A DNA stretch of 64,000 bases from Gammaproteobacteria bacterium (GTDB lineage Bacteria; Pseudomonadota; Gammaproteobacteria; JAPPPA01), in the NCBI GenBank assembly GCA_030425645.1, contig JAUHZK010000002.1, positions 256,487-320,486 of the forward strand, in the 5' to 3' direction. Of the stretch, positions 32,850 through 43,533 are shown in pieces; within the stretch, counting starts at the first letter, position 1; the number at the start of each line of letters is the position of its first letter. The position numbers were made by a program, and so were the translations under genes. The notes below the pieces were generated by a model. That model made no database searches. It saw only the letters and a program-made list of their open reading frames with translations, and was not told the origin of the DNA.

Positions 32850-33728
32850 CTAGACCGATGCTGAGGCAGTACCCATCGGTTTTGCATTTTTTCTAAGCCA
32901 TAAGGTAAACGGCAGCAGTAACAGATACATCACAAAGGCGTAACTGAGTATGGCCAAAATCAGGCCGTTACTAACAAATACCTGTGATGCCAATAACAAG
33001 GCCAGATTCAAATTGCGAGTACAGCTGCAAAACAATAATGCCGTCCCCCAACTCTGCTGTTGCCAGAAAAGAGGCACTAGATAGGTGGCCGCAACCAACA
33101 ACAGCAACACCGCCCATTCGAGCGCCGGAATGGCCAACATAAGGTGCCCCTGGGTCGCGGTAATTCCGACTATCAATACGCCTAAGGTGACATTGCCCAA
33201 CCACTTAAACCGTGCTGCCCAATACTCAGCCCGTGCCGGCCAGTAGTAATGACAAAGCATGCCCAGCAATAAGGGCAGAACTTGCCACAACAACATGGTG
33301 ACAAAGGCCTGCCAAGCAATCGCTGACACTGATGCAGTGAATCCCTGTAGCTCAAAGCCGGCTAGCGCCAAAGTCAGCGGTAGCGTCAGCAAGCAAATAA
33401 AACCGCTAATCACCAAGGCTGCCGTCGCCAGAGCAATATTGCCGCGCACATTGGCGGTAAACAACGGCGCCGTACTCCCTACCCCACAGGCGCCAGCCAG
33501 TAACAAGGCCAATGCCATTTCTGCCGACAGCAGAGGCGCTAGCAGAATCGCTAACAACGGCAATGCAACCAGGTTAATGCCCAGAATCATTAACAACGGC
33601 CGCGGCCGCTGTAACGCCTGCCATAATTGTTGTGGCTTTAGCGACAAGCCCATCGACAGCATAACGCTGGCAATAAGGACAATAATCAGGGCATCCTGTA
33701 GGCTCATACTTAAACCAATATAAAACAA
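32850..33728 (-). CDS. Bile acid:sodium symporter (BASS) family transporter.
   Basis: The product is about 290 aa, polytopic, with 8-10 TM helices and BASS-like length and hydropathy. The assignment is tentative. Confidence 0.55.
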   Translation of the reverse strand: MFYIGLSMSLQDALIIVLIASVMLSMGLSLKPQQLWQALQRPRPLLMILGINLVALPLLAILLAPLLSAEMALALLLAGACGVGSTAPLFTANVRGNIALATAALVISGFICLLTLPLTLALAGFELQGFTASVSAIAWQAFVTMLLWQVLPLLLGMLCHYYWPARAEYWAARFKWLGNVTLGVLIVGITATQGHLMLAIPALEWAVLLLLVAATYLVPLFWQQQSWGTALLFCSCTRNLNLALLLASQVFVSNGLILAILSYAFVMYLLLLPFTLWLRKNAKPMGTASASV

Positions 33729-33771
33729 TTCTGGTTTGTCAGTGTACCGCGCACACCAGTATGGAGACCAA

Positions 33772-34404
33772 ATGAAACTCTACGACTTCAAATACGCCGT
33801 AAACCCAATGCGCGTAAGGCTGTTTTTGGGCGAGAAAGGCATTGCTCTCGACGCCAGCGCAGGCATCGAACTCTGTGACGTAGACATGATGAAGGGCGAA
33901 CATCGCAGCGCCGACTACCGCGCCATCGCTCCCAATGGGCTACTACCTAGCCTAGTGCTTGACGATGGCACGGTACTTCAAGAAACCATCGCCATCTGCC
34001 GATACTTTGAGCTAACCCACCCCGACAATCCTTTATTTGGTGAGAGCCCGTTGCAGCAGGCCACGGTAGAAATGTGGCAGCGCAAAATGGAAATGGAACT
34101 GATGCTACCGACCGCCATGACCTTTCGGCACTGTCACCCAGCGGCAAAGATGTTGGAAGACCAGGTACCCGAGTATGGCAAGAAGATGCAGCAACGTGCC
34201 GCCAAGCGCATGCAAATTCTAGACAAAGAACTCGACAACAAAACCTGGATTGCCGGCGACGACTTTTCAGTAGCTGACATTACCGCTTACTGCACCATCA
34301 AATTCTTCAAAAAGTTATCCGATCTACCGATCGAGGCCGATCATCAGAACCTGCAACGCTGGTACGACAGCATTAATCAACGTCCAAGCATTGCCTGGTT
34401 ATAG
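33772..34404 (+). CDS. Glutathione S-transferase.
   Basis: A GST N-terminal thioredoxin-like domain and a C-terminal helical domain are present. The start was taken at MKLYDF. Confidence 0.8.
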   Translation: MKLYDFKYAVNPMRVRLFLGEKGIALDASAGIELCDVDMMKGEHRSADYRAIAPNGLLPSLVLDDGTVLQETIAICRYFELTHPDNPLFGESPLQQATVEMWQRKMEMELMLPTAMTFRHCHPAAKMLEDQVPEYGKKMQQRAAKRMQILDKELDNKTWIAGDDFSVADITAYCTIKFFKKLSDLPIEADHQNLQRWYDSINQRPSIAWL

Positions 34405-34412
34405 GAACAAAC

Positions 34413-35105
34413 ATGATTACGCTATATACCGCCCCCACGCCTAACGGCCACAAAGCCTCTTGCACACTCGAAGCCATGGGCTTGGAATACAACGTTAAGG
34501 TCATCAATATTCTAGGCGGCGATCAGCACAGCGATGAATACCGCGCGCTAAGCCCCAACGGCAAAATCCCCGTTATTGTCGATCACGACAACGACGATTT
34601 TGTGGTCATGGAATCGGGCGCGATTATGATTTACCTAGCTGAGAAAACAGACCAGCTAATGCCCAGCGATGCCAACGGCCGCAGCCAAGTTATTCAGTGG
34701 TTGATGTTCCAAATGGCTGGCGTTGGCCCAATGATGGGTCAAGCCAATGTGTTTTACCGTTATTTCCCAGAGAAAATTCAGCCGGCCATTGACCGCTATC
34801 AAAACGAAGGCCGACGCTTGTTTGAGGTACTCAACAAGCACCTAGCGGACAAAGATTGGCTGGCCAATAATCAAATGAGCATTGCCGATATTGCCAACTG
34901 GTGCTGGGTACGCACGCACCGCTGGAGCGGCATCAGTATTGACGGCCTCGAGCATCTGCAGCGCTGGATGGGTCAGTTGGCCGAGCAGCCGGCTTTGCAG
35001 AAAGGCCTAGAGGTGCCGGTTAAGCTGCCGGACCTAACCCAACTGGACAACAGCAAGGCTGCTGACGAATTTGCCAAAAACGCTCGTAATATCGTGAGCA
35101 AATAA
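34413..35105 (+). CDS. Glutathione S-transferase (second paralogue).
   Basis: GST fold ([13 protein letters not shown]...IPVIVDHD...ESGAIMIYL). Confidence 0.8.
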   Translation: MITLYTAPTPNGHKASCTLEAMGLEYNVKVINILGGDQHSDEYRALSPNGKIPVIVDHDNDDFVVMESGAIMIYLAEKTDQLMPSDANGRSQVIQWLMFQMAGVGPMMGQANVFYRYFPEKIQPAIDRYQNEGRRLFEVLNKHLADKDWLANNQMSIADIANWCWVRTHRWSGISIDGLEHLQRWMGQLAEQPALQKGLEVPVKLPDLTQLDNSKAADEFAKNARNIVSK

Positions 35106-35138
35106 AACACAAAAAAGCCTGTACTAAGGAGACCCACT

Positions 35139-35540
35139 ATGAACCCTCGCTTTATTGGTGCTGTGATCGCAACCTTCCTTTTCATCTTTGCCTATGACTT
35201 TGTCTACCACGGCATTTATCTAGCCGATATCTATCAGGCCACCGCGCAACTTTGGCGCCCTGAAGCCGATATGGCGCCGTATATGAAATATCTGAGCCTA
35301 GGCCAGGCATTAGTGGCACTCGGCGTGGTCTGGATCGTGTTCCGCACTGAACGCGGTGGTTGGGCCGCCGGCGCCATGACCGGCCTAGCACTGGGCGTAA
35401 TAGGCGCTGGCACCAGCACCATATTCTTTGCCGTACAACCACTCCCAAGCGAATTAGTATGCAGCTGGATTAGCAGCGGCTTCATCCAATCCGCCGCAGC
35501 CGGTGCCATTGCCGGCGCTATCTATAAACCACAGTTATAA
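35139..35540 (+). CDS. Small membrane protein, DUF1761-like.
   Basis: The 133-aa product has 3-4 TM helices. The family assignment is from memory and is weak. Confidence 0.45.
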   Translation: MNPRFIGAVIATFLFIFAYDFVYHGIYLADIYQATAQLWRPEADMAPYMKYLSLGQALVALGVVWIVFRTERGGWAAGAMTGLALGVIGAGTSTIFFAVQPLPSELVCSWISSGFIQSAAAGAIAGAIYKPQL

Positions 35541-35599
35541 GCCACACTGCACGGCCCGGACTGTCGCCAACAGTCCGTGGCCGAGCCAACACACCATCC

Positions 35600-36559
35600 A
35601 TGTTAATCCAAGACTTATTTTTCTCCGCCTGTGTTTATTTATCTTTATGTGACGGCTCCGAGCCGATTAGCCCAGAGTCAGTAGATCACGGCCAGCTATA
35701 CAACCTAACAAGCCGTGAAGTCGCCGAGACTAGCGGTATGGCGGCTAGCCGGCTACAGCCGGGAGAGCTTTGGTTACATAACGACAGTGGCAACGACGCC
35801 AAGCTGTATCGCTTTGATCCGAGCAACGATAAATTGACGAAGACAGTCAGCTTGAATGGCGCCGAAAGCGACGACTGGGAGGATATGGCCAGCTTCCAAT
35901 GGGATGGGAAAAATTGGTTATTAGTGGCCGACGTTGGCGACAATTTCAGCAACAAACAGCATGTGCAGCTTTACTTATTGCCGGAGCCCAACGGCACCGC
36001 CGAAGAGCAGCAAGTAGACGTTGTAACCACCTATACGCTGCGTTTTGAAGATGGCCCACGCGACTGCGAAGCCATTGCTGTCGACCCCGACAGGCAACGC
36101 CTATGGCTGCTTAGCAAACGCGACAAGCCTGGGCGTTTATACTCAGCACCGCTAGATCAAGGTAGCGACATCTTCGCTACCTTTGCCGGCGAAGCAATCA
36201 CAATCCCAGAACCCACCGCCGACGATATTGAACAAGACCCGTGGTATGGCGGCCGCCGCTGGCAAGCCTCAGCAATGGACATCAGCCCCGATGGTCAACA
36301 GCTGTTGATTACCACGTACAAAGACAGCTACATCTACCAGCTACAAGCAAGCGACCAAGGCAATTGGGGCATTGCGATTTCACGGCCACCGCTTGTAGTG
36401 GATACACCGCAATTAATGCAAACCGAAGCCGGTGCCTTTAGCCACGATGGCGAGCACGTGTGGGTGGCCTCAGAGCAGCTGCCAACTCAGCTGTTCCAGA
36501 CCCAGCTGACTAAAACAACATCAACAGTTTCTCGGGATACTCTCAGTAAGCCTCGATAA
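35600..36559 (+). CDS. Hypothetical protein, possibly a beta-propeller of the YjiK/SdiA-regulated type.
   Basis: The 319-aa product has repeated aromatic/Asp-rich segments. Its N-terminus is weakly hydrophobic. The family call is of low certainty. Confidence 0.45.
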   Translation: MLIQDLFFSACVYLSLCDGSEPISPESVDHGQLYNLTSREVAETSGMAASRLQPGELWLHNDSGNDAKLYRFDPSNDKLTKTVSLNGAESDDWEDMASFQWDGKNWLLVADVGDNFSNKQHVQLYLLPEPNGTAEEQQVDVVTTYTLRFEDGPRDCEAIAVDPDRQRLWLLSKRDKPGRLYSAPLDQGSDIFATFAGEAITIPEPTADDIEQDPWYGGRRWQASAMDISPDGQQLLITTYKDSYIYQLQASDQGNWGIAISRPPLVVDTPQLMQTEAGAFSHDGEHVWVASEQLPTQLFQTQLTKTTSTVSRDTLSKPR

Positions 36560-37475
36560 ATTGCCGATAAACGGCTGCGGCTTCAGCCGGCACCTCCACC
36601 ATTGGCATATGACCAATTCCCTCAAAGATATGCAGCTGGCTATTGGGTAGTTTTTGCTGCCATAGCGGGGCTGCACTCACATGCAAAATTCGGTCAGCTT
36701 CGCCCCACATCACTAAGCTAGGTGTTTCAATATATTGCAGTTCATCGGTTAACCAATCGTGGTGGTAAAACCCGTTCTCAATTAGCACGAGTTCTTCGCG
36801 TCGCTGCTGATAGTCTTGTGCCTGCGCGGCCAACACTGACTCCGGCAGAAATGGCGGTTGCTCCATCGTCATGCCATAGAACAAATCAAAATCCGCGCGG
36901 TTATGAACGAAGAACGGGTTCTTGCCCTGAGCTTCAATCATTTTATGCATGTCGCTAAGCACCGGAAAATCCAACCCCGCTGGATCCATCGGTGCCGCTG
37001 TTAAGGTTCTTTCTGGGTACATACGAGCAAACCAAGCAGTAATAAAACCACCCATTGAATTACCAATGACATGCGCCTGTTGAATATCTAAAGCTTCCAA
37101 CAATGCCGCCAAACGCTTGGCCTGCGCCGGCGCACTGTAATCCCATTTCGGGTCATAGCCGGTATCGCCATGACCAGCCAAATCTGGAATCACTAGGCGA
37201 TAATCTTCGACAAAGTGCTTCGCGAATCGAGGCCAGACATCGCGATCAGCACTAAATCCATGAATCATCAAAATGGCAGGCTTCTGTTTCTGCTCTATGC
37301 CAGACACATAAGTCACCATTGGCAACTCACCAATATCTACCGTCCGTTGCTCTAAGCCATATACAGAAGCCTCAACAGTAGTTGCCGCCGCATAGATCCA
37401 GCGCCCTGCTGTAGGCGAGGTTGCGGCCCAGTAACCAGCTACCGCCAGCAGTAGCACAACAGTTATTTTCTTCAT
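36543..37475 (-). CDS. Secreted alpha/beta-hydrolase.
   Basis: Signal peptide, then HGF...GNSMGG. Confidence 0.75.
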   Translation of the reverse strand: MKKITVVLLLAVAGYWAATSPTAGRWIYAAATTVEASVYGLEQRTVDIGELPMVTYVSGIEQKQKPAILMIHGFSADRDVWPRFAKHFVEDYRLVIPDLAGHGDTGYDPKWDYSAPAQAKRLAALLEALDIQQAHVIGNSMGGFITAWFARMYPERTLTAAPMDPAGLDFPVLSDMHKMIEAQGKNPFFVHNRADFDLFYGMTMEQPPFLPESVLAAQAQDYQQRREELVLIENGFYHHDWLTDELQYIETPSLVMWGEADRILHVSAAPLWQQKLPNSQLHIFEGIGHMPMVEVPAEAAAVYRQFIEAY

Positions 37476-37504
37476 AGGTTTACTCCTCCTCTCACTATTT
37501 CCGC

Positions 37505-38548
37505 CTAACGCGGCTCGTGGCGTGCGCGATACACGCCGGGTGTGACGCCATACCAGCGACGGAATGCGCGCTGGAAGCTACTCTGTTCGGAAAACCCAAG
37601 CATCAATGCCACATCAAGTAACGATAGCTCTGATTGAGCAATGTAGTGTTTGGCTAGTTCCTTACGCAGCTCTTCTACCAAGCTGCGGTAGTCCACGCCC
37701 TCTTCACCCAACAGACGCTGCAAGGTTCTAACAGGTTGGCCGGTGTAGGCGGCAACCTGCTCAATGCTAGGCACACCGTGCATCAATCCCTGACGTACAA
37801 ACTCGCTGATCTCATTAACGAGTTCCGAATGCGAAATTTCGCTACGGCCTCGTAACTCGCGCAAACGCTGACGGGCAGCTTGCTCGATCGTGGCGCGCAA
37901 ATTCGGTGCCGAAGAAAAATACGGCGTATTCAACAAATGCCGGTCAAAACGCACACATAAGCTGGGGCTGGCGTTGTAGCTCAGCTCGCAGCCCAGCACC
38001 TGGCGTTGCACACTATTGTCAGCCGGTGCCGCAAATGGGAATTCAATAACTTTGGGCCTGTACTCATTGCTATCGCTAATCAGGTCAATCAGATTGAGCC
38101 AGCCAGCGACGCTGTATTCCATAAACTGACGAATGCCACTTTCGCTGCGCCCATTAGGATTAGTCAGCTCCAGTCGTAACTGCACCTCGTCGCCTGCAAT
38201 CTGATAACGCACGCGAGATGCTGTTGCCACCAAAGCGTGATAACGAGCATGTAGTTCAAACATCTCGTCGGCACGTTTACAGGTCATAAACAAATGGCCT
38301 AAAACACCGAGGTGTTTAACCGCCATAATCTGCCCTGCCCGCAAGCCCACTAACGGGTCACCGGAGACATCTAAGGCCGCATCAAACATCGGATCCACCC
38401 GCTCGTCGGCCAACATCAAATCGCCATCTCGCAGCTGTTGCGCGTCTAAGCCTGCGGCTTTCATTAAGCGCGCTGTTGGCAAACCCTCGCTCTCAAAATA
38501 GTCGAATAGTGGTCGAAAGTAAGCAAAGTTAACGTGACTGGGTTCCAT
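37505..38548 (-). CDS. AraC-family transcriptional regulator with an N-terminal arabinose-binding-like domain.
   Basis: It has a C-terminal AraC HTH (LLDVALMLGFSEQSSFQRAFRRWYGVTP). It is divergent from the reductase-desaturase pair. The start was taken at MEPSHV. Confidence 0.8.
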   Translation of the reverse strand: MEPSHVNFAYFRPLFDYFESEGLPTARLMKAAGLDAQQLRDGDLMLADERVDPMFDAALDVSGDPLVGLRAGQIMAVKHLGVLGHLFMTCKRADEMFELHARYHALVATASRVRYQIAGDEVQLRLELTNPNGRSESGIRQFMEYSVAGWLNLIDLISDSNEYRPKVIEFPFAAPADNSVQRQVLGCELSYNASPSLCVRFDRHLLNTPYFSSAPNLRATIEQAARQRLRELRGRSEISHSELVNEISEFVRQGLMHGVPSIEQVAAYTGQPVRTLQRLLGEEGVDYRSLVEELRKELAKHYIAQSELSLLDVALMLGFSEQSSFQRAFRRWYGVTPGVYRARHEPR

Positions 38549-38762
38549 AGCATTCCTAAGCGAAAACGTTAGTCTGGCCTGCCGCGCCAAACCTGCTCCG
38601 TGACTATACTGAATCTGTATTAATTGGGATTGCCAGCCGACAATCTGGCATCGAAAGTCAATGGCATAGGGCGTCAATACCCCCGAACAAACTCCTAAGC
38701 ACAATGTTTTTAGGCATTACCGCAACAGGCACTGCCCTATAACAAAACGCTAGGAGACAAAA

Positions 38763-39884
38763 ATGCTACAGCAGCAAAGCGGCAACGCGGCGCTTGGTTT
38801 TGTAAAGAACCAGCTCAGTAATATTGCCGACATGATGGCTTACCCCTTAAGGGCCTCGCACTACGTTGAGCTGGTAAATCCACTCTGGACGACGCATAAA
38901 CTACAGGCCAAAGTCGTTGCCGTATGGGATGAAACCAAGGACGCCAGAACCATTACCCTGCAACCTGGGGGACATTGGCGGCTACCGCGTGCCGGCCAAC
39001 ATGTACGCATTGGCATACCTATCAAAGGTAAACATTACACCCGCACCTATACCATTTCTTCAGCGCCTGAACGCGATGATGGTTGCTTTACGATTACCGT
39101 GAAAGCCATTGCCGGCGGACGGGTTTCGCACCATATCGTGCGTAACCTCAAAGTGGGTGATCACCTCCCCATTGCGATTCCTCAGGGCGATTTTTACCTG
39201 CCCGATGCTTCGCCTATCCAGCCGTTATTTATTACCGCCGGCTCTGGTATTACCCCTGCTATGAGCATGTTACGTAGCCTAATTTCACAGCAGCGCCTGC
39301 CGAGTACCGTGCATATTCATTATGCGCCGCATGAGTTTGATGTGATCTTTGGCCAAGAGTTAAGACAAATAGCGACTAACCACCAGCATTACCAATTGCA
39401 CGAGGTACACACCCACGAGTTTGGCGACGACAAGCAAACCAAGGGTTACTTCAGCCTAGAGCAGTTGGAACGCTACTGCCCTGACTGGAAGGAACGTGAC
39501 TGCTACGCCTGTGGACCACCGGGTTTGCTCGCGGCACTCGAAAAAACCTTTGAGCAAGCCGGTCGCAGTCGACACCTGCATATTGAACGTTTTCTGGCTG
39601 ACTTCGCGGAGGTCCCGGCCGACGCTGTGGGCGGCAAAGTTCGTTTTGCCAGTAGCGGCGTTGAAGTTGACGCTGACTCTGAAACCAACTTGCTGAGAGT
39701 CGCCGAAGACGCCGGCCTAAACCCACCACATGGCTGCCGTATGGGCATCTGCCATACCTGCAACACCACACTCAAATCCGGCTGCGTACGTGACCTGCGC
39801 AGTGGCGAAATTCTCAACGAAGCTGGCGCCATCGTGCAGACCTGTGTCTGTGCTGCCGCCGGCGACTGTGAACTCGAACTCTAG
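38763..39884 (+). CDS. Ferredoxin-NAD(P) reductase-type oxidoreductase with FAD/NAD-binding and C-terminal 2Fe-2S ferredoxin domains.
   Basis: RxYT FAD motif (RTYTISS), and a C-terminal CxxxxCxxC...C cluster (CRMGICHTCNTT...C). Confidence 0.85.
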   Translation: MLQQQSGNAALGFVKNQLSNIADMMAYPLRASHYVELVNPLWTTHKLQAKVVAVWDETKDARTITLQPGGHWRLPRAGQHVRIGIPIKGKHYTRTYTISSAPERDDGCFTITVKAIAGGRVSHHIVRNLKVGDHLPIAIPQGDFYLPDASPIQPLFITAGSGITPAMSMLRSLISQQRLPSTVHIHYAPHEFDVIFGQELRQIATNHQHYQLHEVHTHEFGDDKQTKGYFSLEQLERYCPDWKERDCYACGPPGLLAALEKTFEQAGRSRHLHIERFLADFAEVPADAVGGKVRFASSGVEVDADSETNLLRVAEDAGLNPPHGCRMGICHTCNTTLKSGCVRDLRSGEILNEAGAIVQTCVCAAAGDCELEL

Positions 39885-39895
39885 GAGCAACCCCA

Positions 39896-41083
39896 ATGGC
39901 TACCGCAAAACCGTTACCGGTCAATTTGACCGACGACCAAATCGACGAATTTGGCCGCGAGATGGAAGCGATCTACGACGAGGCAATGGCCTCGCGTGGC
40001 GATCGTGACCGCGCCTATATTTTAAAACTAATGAAAACCCAACGATCGATGGCTTTTATAGGCCGCATGATCATTTACGCCAGTTTATTTCTGCTACCAA
40101 CATGGCCGCATGCGCTTGCTAGCTGGGGCGCTACGCTGTTAGTAGCCGGCATCGGCGTATTGATGCTGGGCATCGCCAAAATTCTAGAGAATATGGAAAT
40201 TGCCCATAACGTGCTGCACGCTCAATGGGATTGGATGAAAGACCCCGATATTCAGTCCAACACTTGGGAGTGGGACAGCATGAGTCCGGCAGACCGCTGG
40301 ATGCATTCACATAACGTGGTGCACCACACTTGGACCAATGTAGTCGGCAAAGATCTGGACGTTGGCTACGGCATTATGCGGGTCACCCCCATGCAGCCTT
40401 GGCACCCGAAATACCTTTTGCAGCCAGTTTACTTTGTCATCTTGATGCTGTTTTTTGAAGAAGGTGTAGCGCTGCATGAACAGGCCTTGGTCGACTATTT
40501 TGAGGGCAAGAAGAAGCCTAAAGATTTAGGCCGCATACTTCGCCACGTGGGACGTAAAGCCTGGCGTCAGATTCGCAAAGATTATCTACTTTGGCCGGCT
40601 GCTGGCGCACTCGTCGCTGCCGTAATCAATCTGTTTATTCCTTATCCGCCGCTAACCGTATTTTTAGCGGTGATGGCAGCTAACGCCGCTGCTAACATCG
40701 TAAGAAATATCTGGGCCTTTATCATTATCTTCTGCGGTCACTTCCCAGACGGGGTTTACGCCTTTACGCCAGACCAAATTGAGGGAGAGAGCAAGGGTCA
40801 GTGGTATCTGCGACAGCTATTGGGGTCGGCCAATATTAACGGCGGCCGCCTGTTCCATATTTTGTCTGGCAACCTCAGCCACCAAATTGAACATCACCTG
40901 TTCCCGGATCTGTGCAGCAACCACTACCCAGTTGTGGCGCCGCGGGTACAAGCTTTAGCGGCACGTTACGGCGTGCCCTATAACAAGGCCTCTATTTGGC
41001 GACAGTTCGGCACCACTTGGAAAAACAATCTACGTTTAGCGCTACCGGGTGGTAAATTACCCCCAGCCGTCGCCACTGCCTAG
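39896..41083 (+). CDS. Membrane fatty-acid (acyl-CoA/acyl-lipid) desaturase.
   Basis: Three histidine boxes are present (HNVLH, HNVVHH, HQIEHHLFP), along with TM segments. Confidence 0.85.
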   Translation: MATAKPLPVNLTDDQIDEFGREMEAIYDEAMASRGDRDRAYILKLMKTQRSMAFIGRMIIYASLFLLPTWPHALASWGATLLVAGIGVLMLGIAKILENMEIAHNVLHAQWDWMKDPDIQSNTWEWDSMSPADRWMHSHNVVHHTWTNVVGKDLDVGYGIMRVTPMQPWHPKYLLQPVYFVILMLFFEEGVALHEQALVDYFEGKKKPKDLGRILRHVGRKAWRQIRKDYLLWPAAGALVAAVINLFIPYPPLTVFLAVMAANAAANIVRNIWAFIIIFCGHFPDGVYAFTPDQIEGESKGQWYLRQLLGSANINGGRLFHILSGNLSHQIEHHLFPDLCSNHYPVVAPRVQALAARYGVPYNKASIWRQFGTTWKNNLRLALPGGKLPPAVATA

Positions 41084-41375
41084 GTTCGCCCAATTGACTA
41101 ATAACCCAGCTAACAACACAGTCGCCGTCATTATTGCCATCGGCAGCTTTAGCACCGCCATGCTGGCGTTTTTATGCGGCTATTGGTTGAGCGTTAACGC
41201 TAGCTTTGACGAGTTAAAGCTGGGTTTTAGCGTGGCTAGCTGGAGTGTAGAAATTAACCTCGGTATCGCACCAATGGCCGCGGGCATTTGCTTCGCGGCC
41301 TTTGGCATGGCTATTGTCATTGTGGCGATGTCGCTGTTGCTTAAGCCACGACAGCGCCACAACATTAATCAATAG
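41049..41375 (+). CDS. Possible small two-TM membrane protein, an uncertain ORF.
   Basis: It fills the 280-bp gap between the desaturase and prfC and overlaps the desaturase by 35 nt. There is no family support. Confidence 0.3.
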   Translation: MVNYPQPSPLPRFAQLTNNPANNTVAVIIAIGSFSTAMLAFLCGYWLSVNASFDELKLGFSVASWSVEINLGIAPMAAGICFAAFGMAIVIVAMSLLLKPRQRHNINQ

Positions 41376-42972
41376 CGGCTACCGAGTGTTCGCGCGTGGC
41401 GCGGAAGTTAACTTCAGGAAAGCGCTCTTCGGTAAGCTGCAGGTTCACTCGCGTTGGCGCTAAATAAACCAGTTCACCACCGTGGTCGATAGCTAAGTTG
41501 TCATTGGCTTTGGTACGAAAGCCCTGCAGGGTTTTGTCGTCATCACATTCCACCCAGCGCGCCACTTGCACGTTGATGTTTTCAAACGCGGCCTCTACGC
41601 CGTATTCGTGCTTAAGACGATCTGCCACCACATCAAACTGCAGCACACCCACGGCACCGAGAATAAAGTCGTTATTACGCATTGGGCGGAAGAATTGCGT
41701 GGCGCCCTCTTCCGACAGCTGAATCAAACCCTTCTGCAGTGCTTTCATTTTCAGCGGGTCTTTCAGCACTACACGACGGAATAGCTCCGGCGCGAAGTTA
41801 GGAATACCGGCAAAACGGATTTGCTCGCCTTCGGTAAAGGTGTCGCCAATACCAATGGTGCCGTGGTTATGCAGGCCGATAATATCACCGGCATAACAAA
41901 CGTCAGCACGCTCTCGGCTATTCGACAAAAACGTTTGTGCATCAGGCACTTTCACGTCTTTACCCAAACGCACGTGGCGTAGCTTCATGCCCTGCTTAAA
42001 TTGGCCAGAACAAATGCGCACAAAGGCCATGCGGTCGCGGTGATTAGGGTCCATATTGGCCTGAACCTTAAACACGAAACCGGTGAATTTGTTCTCGTGG
42101 GTTTCCACCGCGCGGCTGTCGGTCTCACGCCCCTTCGGCGCTGGCGCTTGCTCAACAAAGCTGTCTAACAACTCTTTAACGCCGAAGTTAGCGATCGCCG
42201 AGCCGAAAAACACCGGCGTTAATTCGCCAGCCAAATACTGCTCTAGGTCGAATGAATGCGAGGCCTCACGAATCAGCTCAACCTCGTCGCGAAACTCTGC
42301 TGCATCAACCTCACCCAGCAACTCATCCAGCTTAGGGTTATCAAGGCCTTCAAAGCTTTCGGTTTGCGGAACCGAGCCATCTTTGCTGGCGCTGTAGAGG
42401 CAGACCTTATCTTCTAACAGGTGATAAACACCCTTGAGTCGTTTACCCATGCCAATCGGCCAGGTCACCGGCGCACAGCGAATCGCCAGAATATCCTCGA
42501 CCTCATCCAACAACTCCATCGGCTCGCGGCCTTCGCGATCGAGCTTGTTAATAAAGGTAAAGATCGGCGTATCACGCAGGCGGCAGACCTCCATCAACTT
42601 GATGGTGCGTTCCTCTACGCCTTTGGCGCAGTCAATCACCATTAGGGCGGAGTCGACCGCGGTTAATGTGCGGTAGGTATCTTCCGAGAAGTCGGCGTGA
42701 CCTGGGGTATCGAGCAAGTTGACCATGCGCTGGTTGTGCTCAAACTGCATTACCGAGGTGGTTACCGAAATACCACGCTGCTTTTCCATCTCCATCCAAT
42801 CAGAGGTGGCATGACGCGCCGCTTTGCGGCCTTTTACGGTACCGGCCAACTGAATGGCACCGCCGAATAACAACAGTTTTTCGGTCAGCGTTGTTTTACC
42901 GGCATCGGGGTGAGAAATGATCGCAAAGGTACGGCGGCGATCAATCTCTTGTTGCCATGGAGAAGCACTCAT
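41365..42972 (-). CDS. prfC: Peptide chain release factor 3.
   Basis: GTPase G1 [12 protein letters not shown]. The 535-aa product has an RF3 layout. Confidence 0.95.
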   Translation of the reverse strand: MSASPWQQEIDRRRTFAIISHPDAGKTTLTEKLLLFGGAIQLAGTVKGRKAARHATSDWMEMEKQRGISVTTSVMQFEHNQRMVNLLDTPGHADFSEDTYRTLTAVDSALMVIDCAKGVEERTIKLMEVCRLRDTPIFTFINKLDREGREPMELLDEVEDILAIRCAPVTWPIGMGKRLKGVYHLLEDKVCLYSASKDGSVPQTESFEGLDNPKLDELLGEVDAAEFRDEVELIREASHSFDLEQYLAGELTPVFFGSAIANFGVKELLDSFVEQAPAPKGRETDSRAVETHENKFTGFVFKVQANMDPNHRDRMAFVRICSGQFKQGMKLRHVRLGKDVKVPDAQTFLSNSRERADVCYAGDIIGLHNHGTIGIGDTFTEGEQIRFAGIPNFAPELFRRVVLKDPLKMKALQKGLIQLSEEGATQFFRPMRNNDFILGAVGVLQFDVVADRLKHEYGVEAAFENINVQVARWVECDDDKTLQGFRTKANDNLAIDHGGELVYLAPTRVNLQLTEERFPEVNFRATREHSVAAID

Positions 42973-43055
42973 GATTACAGCTACTGGGTAAGTTGGGCGC
43001 GCATTCTACAGCGCCGCCGCGGCGAATTCGAGGGGCCGCGCCGTATAGAAAACGC

Positions 43056-43529
43056 TTAGCGCGGTTTAGGTAATTCCAAAACATAGACGTAGGCGTCTTC
43101 CCTACCCACAGGCGCCTGATAATAATCTCTACGTAAGCCGACATTTTCAAAGCCGTAACTTTGATACAAATGAATCGCTGCCTGATTTGAGGCACGAACC
43201 TCCAAAAACAGCCGCTGTGCGTCAACTGCCGCCAAGGCCTCGATGGTTTTGTTTAACAGCCACCGCCCCCAGCCCTGCCCCTGTTGGTTTTGGTTCACAA
43301 CAATATTCTGCAGGTGTGCCTCACCGGCCCCAAAGGAACACAGACTAAAACCTTGCACCTGCTGCTGGTGTAACAGCACGTGATTGAGGTAATTATCTCT
43401 TAGGCATTGTTCAAACAAAGAAGACGGCCAAGGTACAAACGCGCTGGCTTGCTCTATTTCAACCACGGCAGACAAATGCTCAGCCGTGAGTGGCGCTAGG
43501 CTAAGAACAGAATCTAGCGCCGCTGTCAT
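43056..43529 (-). CDS. rimI: Ribosomal-protein-S18 alanine N-acetyltransferase (GNAT).
   Basis: GNAT motifs (QGQGWGRWLL). It lies immediately downstream of holD as in E. coli. The start was taken at MTAALDSV. Confidence 0.75.
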   Translation of the reverse strand: MTAALDSVLSLAPLTAEHLSAVVEIEQASAFVPWPSSLFEQCLRDNYLNHVLLHQQQVQGFSLCSFGAGEAHLQNIVVNQNQQGQGWGRWLLNKTIEALAAVDAQRLFLEVRASNQAAIHLYQSYGFENVGLRRDYYQAPVGREDAYVYVLELPKPR

Positions 43530-43533
43530 GCCA

